The position numbers and the translations under genes are program-made. The notes under the pieces were generated by a model. It was not told the DNA's origin. It did no database searches and saw only the letters and a list, made by a program, of their open reading frames with translations. A stretch of DNA of 64,000 bases from Nitrospira sp. (GTDB lineage: Bacteria > Nitrospirota > Nitrospiria > Nitrospirales > Nitrospiraceae), in NCBI GenBank assembly GCA_047150005.1, contig AP038806.1:2272001-2336000 (forward strand), read 5' to 3'. Shown one piece after another: positions 30,464-40,084 of this stretch (its first letter is position 1; each line of letters opens with the position of its first letter).

Positions 30464-31174
30464 ATGGCTCAGGACGATACCAACGTCATCGACCAACCTG
30501 AGGTGCTCAAACCCAGGATGGTGACGATCGAAATCTCCGGGAAAAAGTACGAAGTCCCGGAAGGGATCACCGTCATCAAAGCCCTATGGTATACCGGCCA
30601 AGAAGTCGTCAGAGGCGCGGGCTGCCTCGGCGGTTTCTGCGGCGCCTGCGCCACGTACTATCGAACCAAGGACGATCCCAAGGTCAGGACCTGCTTGGCC
30701 TGTCAGACCGCGGTGCAAGAAGGCATGTCGTTCACGATCATGCCGCCGTTCCCGGCCCGGAAAGCCATTTACGATATCCAGACCCTGAAGGACCCCAAGC
30801 AGGACTTGTTCAATCTTTATCCAGAAGCGCCTCTCTGTAGAAACTGCAACGCGTGCACCGAAGCCTGTCCGCAAAAGATCGACGTTCGTGAAGGGGTGTG
30901 GAAGGCTGTGTTCGGCGATTTCAAAAGCGTGTCGGAAATGTTCATGGACTGCGTGATGTGCGGAATGTGCACGCCGGTGTGCATTGCCGATATCGCCCCC
31001 AACCTTGTCGCACTGTATGTGAGCCGGGCGCAGGGTGCGCATTTCGCCGAGAAGCCGGCGGGGTTGCAAACGCGCATCAAGGAGATTCAAGACGGTCGCT
31101 TCAACGACGAGTGGAAGAAGATTCTTGCGATGAACGACAAAGAACTGGGAGAACATTGCGCGACGGTGAAATAG
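30464..31174 (+). CDS. frdB: fumarate reductase/succinate dehydrogenase iron-sulfur subunit
   Basis: GCLGGFCGAC...CLAC 2Fe-2S domain; CRNCNACTEACP and CVMCGMCTPVC. Confidence 0.8.
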   Translation: MAQDDTNVIDQPEVLKPRMVTIEISGKKYEVPEGITVIKALWYTGQEVVRGAGCLGGFCGACATYYRTKDDPKVRTCLACQTAVQEGMSFTIMPPFPARKAIYDIQTLKDPKQDLFNLYPEAPLCRNCNACTEACPQKIDVREGVWKAVFGDFKSVSEMFMDCVMCGMCTPVCIADIAPNLVALYVSRAQGAHFAEKPAGLQTRIKEIQDGRFNDEWKKILAMNDKELGEHCATVK

Positions 31175-31257
31175 GATCGAGCCGTCCAAGGAGCGAGTCG
31201 TTGGCCAACGAGACACCTCAACGTTTCCCGTACATGCCGATGCAGCCGTAATCATCT

Positions 31258-32841
31258 ATGGATATCCACGCGCTTCAGCAAATTGTTCACAAGACTCGAG
31301 ATGCACGCCGTAAGCAAGCCATCCCGAAATTTTCTCCCGACGATCGCGACCGGCTGATTCACAAGTACCATCCCGACTTCCGCGCGAGCGCCTATCGTCC
31401 TATTCGATTCGGCCCCAATGCCGGCGACAAGACCGTCGTGGAGCTGGCGACCCTGCTGGAAGGGGATAGTCCGATTCAGAGCGACAGCGACCTGACGCCC
31501 CATTACACGACCGACGTGCTGGTGGTCGGAGGGGGAGGCGCAGGCTGTGCCGCGGCTCTGCATGCGCATGGTGCCGGCTCCAAGGTCATTCTGGCCACCA
31601 AGCTCCGACTCGGGGATTCGAACAGCGTGATGGCCCAGGGAGGGATGCAGATTTCGGTTGCGCCGGAGGACTCGCCGGTCACGCATTTCATCGACACCCT
31701 GAAGGGCGGTCACATGCAAAACGACCATGCCCTGCTCAAGGTGATGGTCGAAGACGGGCCGTCCATCGCGCAATGGCTCATTGATCTCGGCGTTCTGTTC
31801 GACCGGCAGGCGGACGGCAATCTTCATGTGAAGAAGGGCGGCGGCAGCTCGAAGCCCCGTCTCCTGACCTGTTCCGACTACACCGGACTTGAAATCATGC
31901 GGGTGTTGAAGGATGAGGTCATCAATCAAAAGATCCAGTTGCTGGAGTTCTGCGCGGCGGTCGAACTGCTCAGTGACGACGAGGGACGTTGCACCGGCGC
32001 CGTGTTCAAGGATCTCGACAATCACCGTACGGTCGTGGTTGCGGCCAAGTCCGTGATTCTCGCCACCGGCGGCATCGGGCGCCTGCACATCCAGGGATTT
32101 CCCACGAGCAACCATTATGGAGCCACCGGCGACGGGCTCTGTCTGGCGTATCGGATGGGGGCCAAGCTCGCGCATATCGACACGTTCCAGTATCACCCGT
32201 CCGGCGCCGTGTACCCGGAACAATTGATCGGGGCCTTGGTGACGGAAGGCATCAGGTCCGAAGGCGGGCATCTGGTCAACGCCAAGGGCGAACGTTTCGT
32301 GAATGAGCTCGACACGCGCGACGTCGTGTCGTCTTCCATCATCCGCGAATGCGAAGACGGTCGTGGTATCCGTACAATGTCGGGTCGTGTCGGAGTCTGG
32401 CTCGATACCCCGCTTTTGGACGCGGAGCATGGACCCGGAACGATGGAAAAGCATTTCCCGGCGATGATGCTGCAGTTCGAGCGGTTTGGTATCGATATCA
32501 GCAAGGATCCGGTGCTGATCTATCCCACGCTGCATTACCAGAACGGCGGGGTGAAGATCGACACGAATTCGGAGACCGACGTGCGTAACCTCTTCGTGGC
32601 GGGTGAAGCCTCCGGCGGCCTGCATGGGCGCAACCGCTTGATGGGGAATTCGTTGCTGGATCTAATGGTGTTCGGCAAGCGGTCGGGACTGACGGCTGCC
32701 TCCCGCGCCGGGTCGATGAAACAGGGAACATTGACGCTCAAACACCTGCAACGGTTTCGCGCCGAAGCCGGTAAGCACGGCAATTCCAGCGGCGTGGTTT
32801 CGCCGATGGTGCTGCCGGCCTACACGAGAAAAGTAGGATAG
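31258..32841 (+). CDS. frdA: fumarate reductase/succinate dehydrogenase flavoprotein subunit
   Basis: GGGGAG, AQGG, QYHPSG, TEGIRSEGG, TRDVVS, LHYQNGG, HGRNRLMGNSL. Confidence 0.82.
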   Translation: MDIHALQQIVHKTRDARRKQAIPKFSPDDRDRLIHKYHPDFRASAYRPIRFGPNAGDKTVVELATLLEGDSPIQSDSDLTPHYTTDVLVVGGGGAGCAAALHAHGAGSKVILATKLRLGDSNSVMAQGGMQISVAPEDSPVTHFIDTLKGGHMQNDHALLKVMVEDGPSIAQWLIDLGVLFDRQADGNLHVKKGGGSSKPRLLTCSDYTGLEIMRVLKDEVINQKIQLLEFCAAVELLSDDEGRCTGAVFKDLDNHRTVVVAAKSVILATGGIGRLHIQGFPTSNHYGATGDGLCLAYRMGAKLAHIDTFQYHPSGAVYPEQLIGALVTEGIRSEGGHLVNAKGERFVNELDTRDVVSSSIIRECEDGRGIRTMSGRVGVWLDTPLLDAEHGPGTMEKHFPAMMLQFERFGIDISKDPVLIYPTLHYQNGGVKIDTNSETDVRNLFVAGEASGGLHGRNRLMGNSLLDLMVFGKRSGLTAASRAGSMKQGTLTLKHLQRFRAEAGKHGNSSGVVSPMVLPAYTRKVG

Positions 32842-32902
32842 TGCTGAGCGTTGAAAGCGTTTTAACTCAGGACTCAGCACCCAGCACTCGGAGTTCAGCA
32901 CC
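32840..32902. repeat. heptamer-period palindromic repeat (TGCTGAG/CTCAGCA class)
   Basis: agtgctgag ... ctcagga-ctcagca-cccagca-ctcggag-ttcagca. Confidence 0.75.
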
Positions 32903-32922
32903 GAAGCGACAGAAGGAGCGAC

Positions 32923-34101
32923 ATGAACGTTCATGAATTTCAGGCCAAGTCGATCTTTGCCCAGTTCGGTGTCCCCGTACCCAGGGGAAAAGAGATCACG
33001 TCCCCCGGCGCGGCGACGGCCTGGGCCGATGAACTCAATACGCCTGTCTTCGTCGTCAAGGCGCAGATTCACGCAGGCGGCCGTGGAAAAGCCGGTGGCG
33101 TCAAGATCACGAAGGACAAGGGGACGGTGGCGGGCCTGGCCAAGGAACTGCTCGGCAAGACGCTCGTGACGCATCAGACCGGTCCCAAGGGGCGGACCGT
33201 CCATCGTCTGCTGATCGAGGAAGGTGCCAACATCAGCAAGGAGCTATATCTGAGCATTCTCGTCGACCGTGAGACCGGATGGCCCACGTTCATCGCCAGC
33301 ACGGAAGGCGGGATGGAAATTGAAGAGGTGGCCGAAAAGACGCCGGATAGGATCATCAAGGAAGCCATCGATCCGGCGGTCGGCTTTCAGGCGCACAATG
33401 GTCGCAACGTGGCCTATGCCCTCGGCCTTCAGAACATCGAGCCTGCGGTCATCACGCCCTTCATTGTACTGCTCGGCAATCTCTATCGACTGTTCATGGA
33501 GAAGCATGCGGCGCTGGTCGAGATCAATCCGTTGATCATCACCAAGGAAAAGACCCTGGTGGCCCTGGACGGCAAGGTGTCTTTCGACGACAACGGTCTC
33601 TTCAAGCATGAAGACGTGCAGAAAATGCGGGACTTGAACGAGGAAGAACCGCTGGAGATCGAGGCAACCGCGAATAACCTCAACTACGTCAAACTCGACG
33701 GAAACATCGGCTGCATGGTCAACGGTGCGGGCCTCGCGATGGCTACGATGGACGTGATCAAGCTCGCCGGCAGCGAACCGGCGAATTTTTTGGACGTCGG
33801 CGGCGGCGCCACCAAGGACACGGTCGCGGCGGGCTTCAGAATTTTGCTGAAGGATCCGAACGTCAAAGGGATCTTCATCAATATCTTCGGGGGGATCGTC
33901 CGCTGCGAGCGGATCGCCCACGGAGTGATCGAAGCGGCAAAGGAAGTCAAAATCACGGTGCCCTTGGTCGTGCGCCTCCAAGGAACGAACGCGGAAGAAG
34001 GGCGAAAGCTCCTGGCGGAATCCGGTCTGAAGCTGGACGTGGCCAACGATCTGTGGGAGGCCGCGCAAAAGATTGTGAAATTGACCGGGAAAGCAGCATG
34101 A
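32923..34101 (+). CDS. sucC: succinyl-CoA synthetase beta subunit
   Basis: MNVHEFQAK, KAQIHAGGRGKAGG, GCMVNGAGLAMATMD, NIFGGIVRC. Confidence 0.97.
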   Translation: MNVHEFQAKSIFAQFGVPVPRGKEITSPGAATAWADELNTPVFVVKAQIHAGGRGKAGGVKITKDKGTVAGLAKELLGKTLVTHQTGPKGRTVHRLLIEEGANISKELYLSILVDRETGWPTFIASTEGGMEIEEVAEKTPDRIIKEAIDPAVGFQAHNGRNVAYALGLQNIEPAVITPFIVLLGNLYRLFMEKHAALVEINPLIITKEKTLVALDGKVSFDDNGLFKHEDVQKMRDLNEEEPLEIEATANNLNYVKLDGNIGCMVNGAGLAMATMDVIKLAGSEPANFLDVGGGATKDTVAAGFRILLKDPNVKGIFINIFGGIVRCERIAHGVIEAAKEVKITVPLVVRLQGTNAEEGRKLLAESGLKLDVANDLWEAAQKIVKLTGKAA

Positions 34102-34111
34102 ATATGTGGGG

Positions 34112-34201
34112 CCCTTCCGCTGCGCGTGCTCGGTGAAAGCCGCGTCTTGGCGCGGCGGGGTGGGAGGGTGAGAAAATCGCCAGGGTCGCCGCCACCCGCA
34201 A
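34112..34201 (-). repeat. ~90-bp intergenic repeat, copy 2
   Basis: Reverse-complement homologue of 20147-20237. Confidence 0.75.
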
Positions 34202-34304
34202 AGAAGAGAGCTTTCCCGATCTGGAAGTGGAAACTGGCAGATAGGAACTCGAGTTCTTATGTTAGGTGCTCTGGATACTGATCGGGATGCCGAGTAGGTC
34301 ACCG

Positions 34305-34898
34305 ATGCATTGGACGACCGTAACACTTGCGCTGCTTCTCGTGACTCTGTCGGGATGCATGATGGTGCGGGAAGGTAAAGTCAAACCTCCGGCACAGTGG
34401 CCTCCCCAGCAGATTCAGCAGCAGAAAAAGTCCATCGGGTTGATCGTGGCCGGCGCATTGGATCCCAAGGGCCTCAGCCAGATGCCTCGAATGGAAACGG
34501 TAGAATCGGTCAGACGTCAAGCATTTAAGGCCTATTCGGAGTCGGGCCTGTTTTCTTCGGTCGTCACGTCGGGAGAGCCGACGGACCTCAGGGCCGACAT
34601 CGCAGTCATCGAAGACGAGGGCGGTGGTCCGGGGGTGTGGGCCTATCTGTCGGCATTGACGTTTGCGATGATACCGGGATACGTCTCCGAAGAACTGATC
34701 GTCTCGACGAGTTTTTCCGACCGTCAGAAGCGGCCGCTCGACAGCGTGGAGCAAAAAGAGGAATTGGGTTTCTGGATGCAGTTCTTTCTGCTCTTTGCGA
34801 TGCCGTTTACAGAAGCTACCGCCTCGATCAGCCAGTCGGTGCACTACGATATGCATCGAGCCACCATCCAGGAAGCCCACGGCAAGGGGATCTTTTAG
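34305..34898 (+). CDS. hypothetical lipoprotein
   Basis: MHWTTVTLALLLVTLSGC lipobox; two further hydrophobic stretches. Confidence 0.75.
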   Translation: MHWTTVTLALLLVTLSGCMMVREGKVKPPAQWPPQQIQQQKKSIGLIVAGALDPKGLSQMPRMETVESVRRQAFKAYSESGLFSSVVTSGEPTDLRADIAVIEDEGGGPGVWAYLSALTFAMIPGYVSEELIVSTSFSDRQKRPLDSVEQKEELGFWMQFFLLFAMPFTEATASISQSVHYDMHRATIQEAHGKGIF

Positions 34899-34928
34899 AA
34901 ACCAGACACCGGACAAGAGGACTACTCC

Positions 34929-35801
34929 ATGTCAATTCTCGTGAATAAAGCCACGCGGGTAGTGGTGCAGGGGATCACGGGCAAGGAAGGGTCGTTCCAC
35001 GCGACGCAGTGCAAGGCCTACGGAACGCAGATTGTAGCGGGAGTGACACCTGGTAAAGCCGGGCAGGAGGTCGAAGGCATTCCGGTGTTCAACACGGTGT
35101 CTGATGCGGTCAGGAAGACCGAGTGCGACACGTCCCTGATCTTCGTGCCGCCTCCGTTCTGCGCCGACGCCATTCTGGAAGCGGCGGATGCCGGGGTGAA
35201 GCTGATCATCTGCATCACCGAAGGCATACCTGTGAACGACATGGTCAAGGTCAAACGCGCACTCCGTGGTCGAGACGTTCGTTTGATCGGGCCCAATTGC
35301 CCCGGCGTCATCACCGTCGATGAAGCGAAAATCGGCATCATGCCGGGCTTCATCCATAAAAAGGGCATTGTGGGCGTGGTCTCTCGAAGCGGCACGCTGA
35401 CATATGAAGCCGTGCATCAGTTGTCGACGCTCGGCCTCGGCGAAACTACGTGCGTAGGTATCGGCGGAGACCCGGTCAACGGAACCGGTTTTGTCGACGT
35501 GCTGCCGCTGTTCGAGAAGGACCCCGAAACGCAGGCGATCGTCATGATCGGCGAGATCGGGGGGGACGCAGAAGAAAAGGCGGCGGAGTTCATCAGAAAG
35601 CACGTCAAGAAGCCGGTCATCAGTTTTATCGCCGGAATTACGGCGCCTCCGGGACGCCGGATGGGACATGCAGGTGCGATCATTTCCGGGGGGAAAGGCA
35701 CCGCGACGGAAAAGATGAAAGCGCTCGAACAAGCCGGTGTGAAGGTGGTGAAGAATCCCGCCGAGATCGGCAGTGCGGTGAAGAAGGCCTTGGGCAAATA
35801 A
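34929..35801 (+). CDS. sucD: succinyl-CoA synthetase alpha subunit
   Basis: [34 protein letters not shown]. Confidence 0.98.
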   Translation: MSILVNKATRVVVQGITGKEGSFHATQCKAYGTQIVAGVTPGKAGQEVEGIPVFNTVSDAVRKTECDTSLIFVPPPFCADAILEAADAGVKLIICITEGIPVNDMVKVKRALRGRDVRLIGPNCPGVITVDEAKIGIMPGFIHKKGIVGVVSRSGTLTYEAVHQLSTLGLGETTCVGIGGDPVNGTGFVDVLPLFEKDPETQAIVMIGEIGGDAEEKAAEFIRKHVKKPVISFIAGITAPPGRRMGHAGAIISGGKGTATEKMKALEQAGVKVVKNPAEIGSAVKKALGK

Positions 35802-35951
35802 CCACCACGTTGGATCTCGCCGGCCGACAAGCCCGGGTGCGGACCTTGCCGTGATCCTCGAACCGCTCCTACGGAAAGGCTGTGATCACGGCCGGTCGCT
35901 GACGGGCTGGTTATGGTTCGATCCAGGCCATTCCGCGGCAGGAACGGAGGG

Positions 35952-36719
35952 CTATACGCGTGGCCGCGCGGTGACCGTCTGGTCCGCTCCGAGTCGTGAG
36001 AGCAGTGTATCGGCCCACAGCCAGGGGGCGCCCTCATCCTCGTGCTTGCAGTAGACAAAACAGTCCATGCCTTGGGCCACGGTTTCCGCGAATCGGCTGG
36101 ACCATTGTTGTAGCGCCTCCCGGTCATATGTCGTCCGGCGCAAGCGGACATACCAGAAGTCAGCCGTGTGACGACGTTGCGCCGGCTTGTCGTCCGTGTC
36201 CGCAGCCACCCACGAGATATTGAAGTGTGTGAGGAGCGCCTCGACCGACGGATGGTCCCACGATTCGTGTCGGAACTCGACCGCCCAGCGGGTCGTTGTC
36301 GGCAGCTGTTCCAAGAAACGGCCGAGGCGTTCCTCATCGCGGGTGAAATTGGGCGGCAATTGGATCAACAACGGACCCAAGCGGCCCTGCTGCGCCAACG
36401 GCTTGAGTCGATCAAGCAGCAGGTTCACCAAAGAAAAGCTCTCTGCCTTCAACCGCTGCTGATGAGTGATCTGCCGGTGGACTTTCGGGGCGAACAGAAA
36501 GTCGAAGGGGGTGGAGCTCATCCACGATTGGACCATCGACTCCGTGGGAATTCGATACCATGTACCGTCCAACTCGACGGTCTGATAGCGTGTGGCGTAA
36601 TAGCGGAGAAATTCGGTCTGCTTGAGCCCTGGAGGGTAGAATCGATCAACCCCCTGCCACGGCCGATAGGAATAGCCTGATAGCCCGATATAGCTGCGCG
36701 CGGCCTTGTGTTTCTCCAT
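35952..36719 (-). CDS. DUF72 family protein
   Basis: IGLSGYSY..W, TVELDGTWYRIP, LIQLPPNF, AVEFRHESW. Confidence 0.9.
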   Translation of the reverse strand: MEKHKAARSYIGLSGYSYRPWQGVDRFYPPGLKQTEFLRYYATRYQTVELDGTWYRIPTESMVQSWMSSTPFDFLFAPKVHRQITHQQRLKAESFSLVNLLLDRLKPLAQQGRLGPLLIQLPPNFTRDEERLGRFLEQLPTTTRWAVEFRHESWDHPSVEALLTHFNISWVAADTDDKPAQRRHTADFWYVRLRRTTYDREALQQWSSRFAETVAQGMDCFVYCKHEDEGAPWLWADTLLSRLGADQTVTARPRV

Positions 36720-36765
36720 CTCGCTTGCCTCTGACGCTGAGATCCCTCCGAGAGTCGGTGATGTC

Positions 36766-37734
36766 TTACAAGGGGATTCCCCAGATGCGCTTGGCGAGAA
36801 CCCCGATCCCGTAGCTGACGCTCACGGCTATGGTAATGATCGCCAGGTTCAATAGGATTCGCCGCTTGATGTCCATGCCGGACAAAAACGACAGGATGGT
36901 CGAGATGACGATGACCATCAGCCCGGCGGTGATCACGGAAAAGACGACGGTATCCGCGCCGAGCAGGATCGGGAACACCGGAATGGTCGCACCGAAGAGA
37001 TAGGCGATCCCCACGAAGGCAGCCGACGCGAGCGGCTGCTCCACCATGACGGTCGATTCGGATGCTTCCCTCAGAAACGTTTTCTTAGCACTCTCCGTCG
37101 CCCTGATCTCCTGTTCCGAATTGAGTGCCAGGAAGGCTCCCGCAGCCATCGAGAGCGCACCGGCCACCGCGGTCGTCGATGAGGCGATCAGCACCAGCGT
37201 CGCGCTGCCGAAGGCTCCGAAGAAGCCGCTGACCGCGCCGAGAATTTCCACCAATCCGTCATTGAGGCCCAAAAAGATATTGCGGATCTTCTCGGCATTG
37301 ATCTTTCGTTCGGTCAGACTGGTCACCAGCACGTCTTCATGCTTGAACTCGTCCATCAGAACGTCGCGGAGAGCCGTTCCCAACGGTTGGTTCTCAAACT
37401 CCGTCCACAGTGCAAGGTATTTCCGAACGCCGTGAACCTCAATGGCTTCCAGCACCAGATGCACGGCGGTGACGCCGAAGAAGCGGCAGGTGAGGATGAG
37501 AAGCTGCAACTTGATGGATCGGCTCACATCCAAGCGCTCGATATTCATTGAGAAGAATCGATTCCAGAACGCCAGATGGTCGATCTCGACCGCAATCAGC
37601 TGGTCCAGAGTCTGTTGCGCGTCACGGTCGCGCGTGATCTCACGGAGCTTGCGATACAGGGAGAGGTCGAATAATTCATCCAGGATCAGGGTTCGAGCCA
37701 GGGATGCATCGTGCGAACCATGGGGATGTGTCAT
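36766..37734 (-). CDS. ferritin/rubrerythrin-like domain fused to VIT1/CCC1 transporter
   Basis: N-terminal E/ExxH motifs (EIDH, DEFKHE); GLNDGLV, AGALSMAAG VIT1 motifs; TM helices. Confidence 0.85.
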   Translation of the reverse strand: MTHPHGSHDASLARTLILDELFDLSLYRKLREITRDRDAQQTLDQLIAVEIDHLAFWNRFFSMNIERLDVSRSIKLQLLILTCRFFGVTAVHLVLEAIEVHGVRKYLALWTEFENQPLGTALRDVLMDEFKHEDVLVTSLTERKINAEKIRNIFLGLNDGLVEILGAVSGFFGAFGSATLVLIASSTTAVAGALSMAAGAFLALNSEQEIRATESAKKTFLREASESTVMVEQPLASAAFVGIAYLFGATIPVFPILLGADTVVFSVITAGLMVIVISTILSFLSGMDIKRRILLNLAIITIAVSVSYGIGVLAKRIWGIPL

Positions 37735-37924
37735 GAGGGGTGAGTACCGGTTGCCGACAGATTATAGCGAACAGCTCCCGGCTCCGTCGACAAGGCCCTA
37801 GCCGGTGCTCGAGCGGAATCGTCTATTCCTCCGGTTTTCTTGACGAAGACGCCGCACTACGATAGAAAACTTAGAGAACAATTTAGAACAGAACCGTAGA
37901 ACCGGTACGAAAGGCCTCACGGCG

Positions 37925-38755
37925 ATGCACCGCGCTCCCAGACGATCGCGTACCCTGATCAGGATCCAGGTCGAATTCCAAGGCATTTCGGAAGACGCGT
38001 CGATCAAAGGAAAGGGATTCACGCTCGATCTGAATATCAACGGCTGTCGGATTGAAAGCAGCAGTCCCGTGCCCAGGGGAAGTTACGTACGTCTGCGGCT
38101 CGCCATTCCCAAGGCGCCCCATCCGGTGCTGATCGGCATGGCTCGAGTTCGATGGGTCCAGGCCGGATCCTTCGGGGTCGAGTTCATCCAGCGGTCCGCT
38201 GAGGATCTGCCGTACATCAGTCGAGCCACGGCCGAGAGCAACCGGCAGGTGTCGGCTCAGGCGCTTCAGCCGAAGTCGGGCAAGGCTTCTTGTACGGTCC
38301 TCGTTGTGGAGGACGACCCGGACGTGCTGCATCTGTGTGCCCGCACACTCGAAGATGTGGACTGCAAAGTCCTCAAAGCGTCAGGGAGTTCGGAAGCCCT
38401 GCAAATCTGTACCACCCATAGCGGACCGATTCATCTGTCGTTGGTCGACCTCGTCCTGCGTCCGCCGATTCTGCAACTGATGTCCGGACATGAGCAATAT
38501 CCCCGCGTTCACGGGGGTGACCTCATCGAGCGTATCCTCCGTATCAGGAAAAGGTGTCATGTGGTTTTCATGTCGGGTCATGATGAAGCGGCGCTGAGGG
38601 CTCTGGGCATCGAAGTCGGAGGGGCCCTGTGCTTGCAGAAACCATTCAGCCGCGAAGACCTGCTGATGGCGATCAATCAAGCCATGGCGGGACCGCCCAT
38701 GATCTCCAAGGTTCCTCATTCGGAGACGGTCAAACGGGCCGTCAACGGACGGTAG
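37925..38755 (+). CDS. PilZ-domain response regulator (PilZ-REC)
   Basis: RxxxR and DLNINGC PilZ motifs, VRWV..FGVEF; VLVVEDD, LVD, FMSG, LQKPF receiver. Confidence 0.85.
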   Translation: MHRAPRRSRTLIRIQVEFQGISEDASIKGKGFTLDLNINGCRIESSSPVPRGSYVRLRLAIPKAPHPVLIGMARVRWVQAGSFGVEFIQRSAEDLPYISRATAESNRQVSAQALQPKSGKASCTVLVVEDDPDVLHLCARTLEDVDCKVLKASGSSEALQICTTHSGPIHLSLVDLVLRPPILQLMSGHEQYPRVHGGDLIERILRIRKRCHVVFMSGHDEAALRALGIEVGGALCLQKPFSREDLLMAINQAMAGPPMISKVPHSETVKRAVNGR

Positions 38756-39075
38756 ATGCGGTTCCCTCTTTCACTTGTTCTCACATCGATTGTCAAGACG
38801 AAGCCTCCGGCATCCGGCTTATTCAGGCGTCGTGCAGGTTGGTGACCTCGCCACGCCGTAGTTGCCGGTCCGTCAGACCATTGCAGACAGTGCTTTTCTG
38901 AATTCAGCGCAGACCGCGATGGGATCGGGCAGCAACCTGACCTGCGTACACCGTCGGTCGATGGCGCTGACGTGAGAGGAGGAATGGCACTTCGGCGTCG
39001 TGCCTGCGTGGCCACACCCATCCTCTGGGCGGCTCTTCGCCCGCGTGACTCACAACGGCTGATCCGCAGCTCCGA

Positions 39076-39201
39076 TCAACCGATCAGGAAATACGCGCCC
39101 AAACCGGCGACCGTGAGCAGGGCGATACCGAGCATCGCCTTCTCATGGCTGCAGAGGCCTTCCTGCGCCTTACAGACTGCGAGGGAGCACATGACGGACA
39201 T
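39076..39201 (-). CDS. 41-aa membrane microprotein with Cys3-His motif (not in ORF track)
   Basis: AAGGAGG RBS then MSVMCSLAVCKAQEGLCSHEKAMLGIALLTVAGLGAYFLIG*. Confidence 0.7.
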   Translation of the reverse strand: MSVMCSLAVCKAQEGLCSHEKAMLGIALLTVAGLGAYFLIG

Positions 39202-39263
39202 GAGCTGTCCCTCCTTTGGTAATGTCTCAGGCTATACACCGGTCTGATAGCGAGTCAACCCCA

Positions 39264-39932
39264 TTACTTGAATCTGTAGCCCAACATCACGCCGGCCTGA
39301 ACCATTTTGGCATCGGGATCTTCAAACCCGACTGATCGGAAAAACACACCGACGGTGAAGTTGAACAGCCGGAGGCCTGCGTCAGCCGTCACGCCGATCC
39401 GAGAGGTGGGGTTCGGTCCAACATCGGCGGTCGCGGCAAAGGGCATCAGTAAACCGATTTTCGCATAGCAATGCTCGTATTCGGCTCCCCCGCCAACCGC
39501 TGCATAGGGAAAATTGATGGAGGTCCAGGAGTTGACTGCGTCATCCCGGCTCCAATGCTCGTAGCCCAAACCGGCAAACGGATACAGTTCCAGACTTTCG
39601 GTTGGACGAAAGCCGTAGCGTAGATCGGTATAAAAGCGGCGTCCTTCATTGGGAATAATCCCTGCGTCATCGTCCAGCTTCTCTCCCAGCCACCAATTCT
39701 CGAAGTTGAAACCGACGCCAAGGCGATCGAATCGCGCTAAGGCATTGATCCCCAACGCGACGAGCGACTTATGCCCTCCGATACCTTGTAATTCATCCCA
39801 GGCGATCGTCCCCCCTTTCGCATAGGGCTCTAGCTCGATCTCAGCCGGCCCCACGCTAAAGGCCTGAGCTCCTTCCCAGGGTTGTATGGCCATGAGGCAG
39901 ACAATTGCGATACCAAAAGCTCGGCCGATCAT
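39264..39932 (-). CDS. putative outer-membrane beta-barrel protein
   Basis: Signal peptide (AQA), alternating Gly/aromatic strands, C-terminal GVMLGYRF. Confidence 0.7.
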   Translation of the reverse strand: MIGRAFGIAIVCLMAIQPWEGAQAFSVGPAEIELEPYAKGGTIAWDELQGIGGHKSLVALGINALARFDRLGVGFNFENWWLGEKLDDDAGIIPNEGRRFYTDLRYGFRPTESLELYPFAGLGYEHWSRDDAVNSWTSINFPYAAVGGGAEYEHCYAKIGLLMPFAATADVGPNPTSRIGVTADAGLRLFNFTVGVFFRSVGFEDPDAKMVQAGVMLGYRFK

Positions 39933-40084
39933 GAGGGTCCTTTCCTGTTCACGATGGGATGCGTTCGACGGAATATGGTCTGCAAATCGGCCACGAAGAG
40001 AGTCGCGTGTGGATCATTTCGACTTCCTACAGGGATCCATATAGATACAGGATGGGCCTCGCACGGATCCATAAGAATTCGTAG

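Noticed and set aside
38972..39247. 91-aa plus-strand ORF with a GAGGAGG-like upstream sequence
   Set aside because: Composition is not protein-like and it is antisense to the better-supported 41-aa ORF
39981..39995. Possible sigma54 promoter for the beta-barrel gene (TGGCCGATTTGCA on minus strand)
   Set aside because: GG-to-GC spacing is 7 nt rather than the required 10
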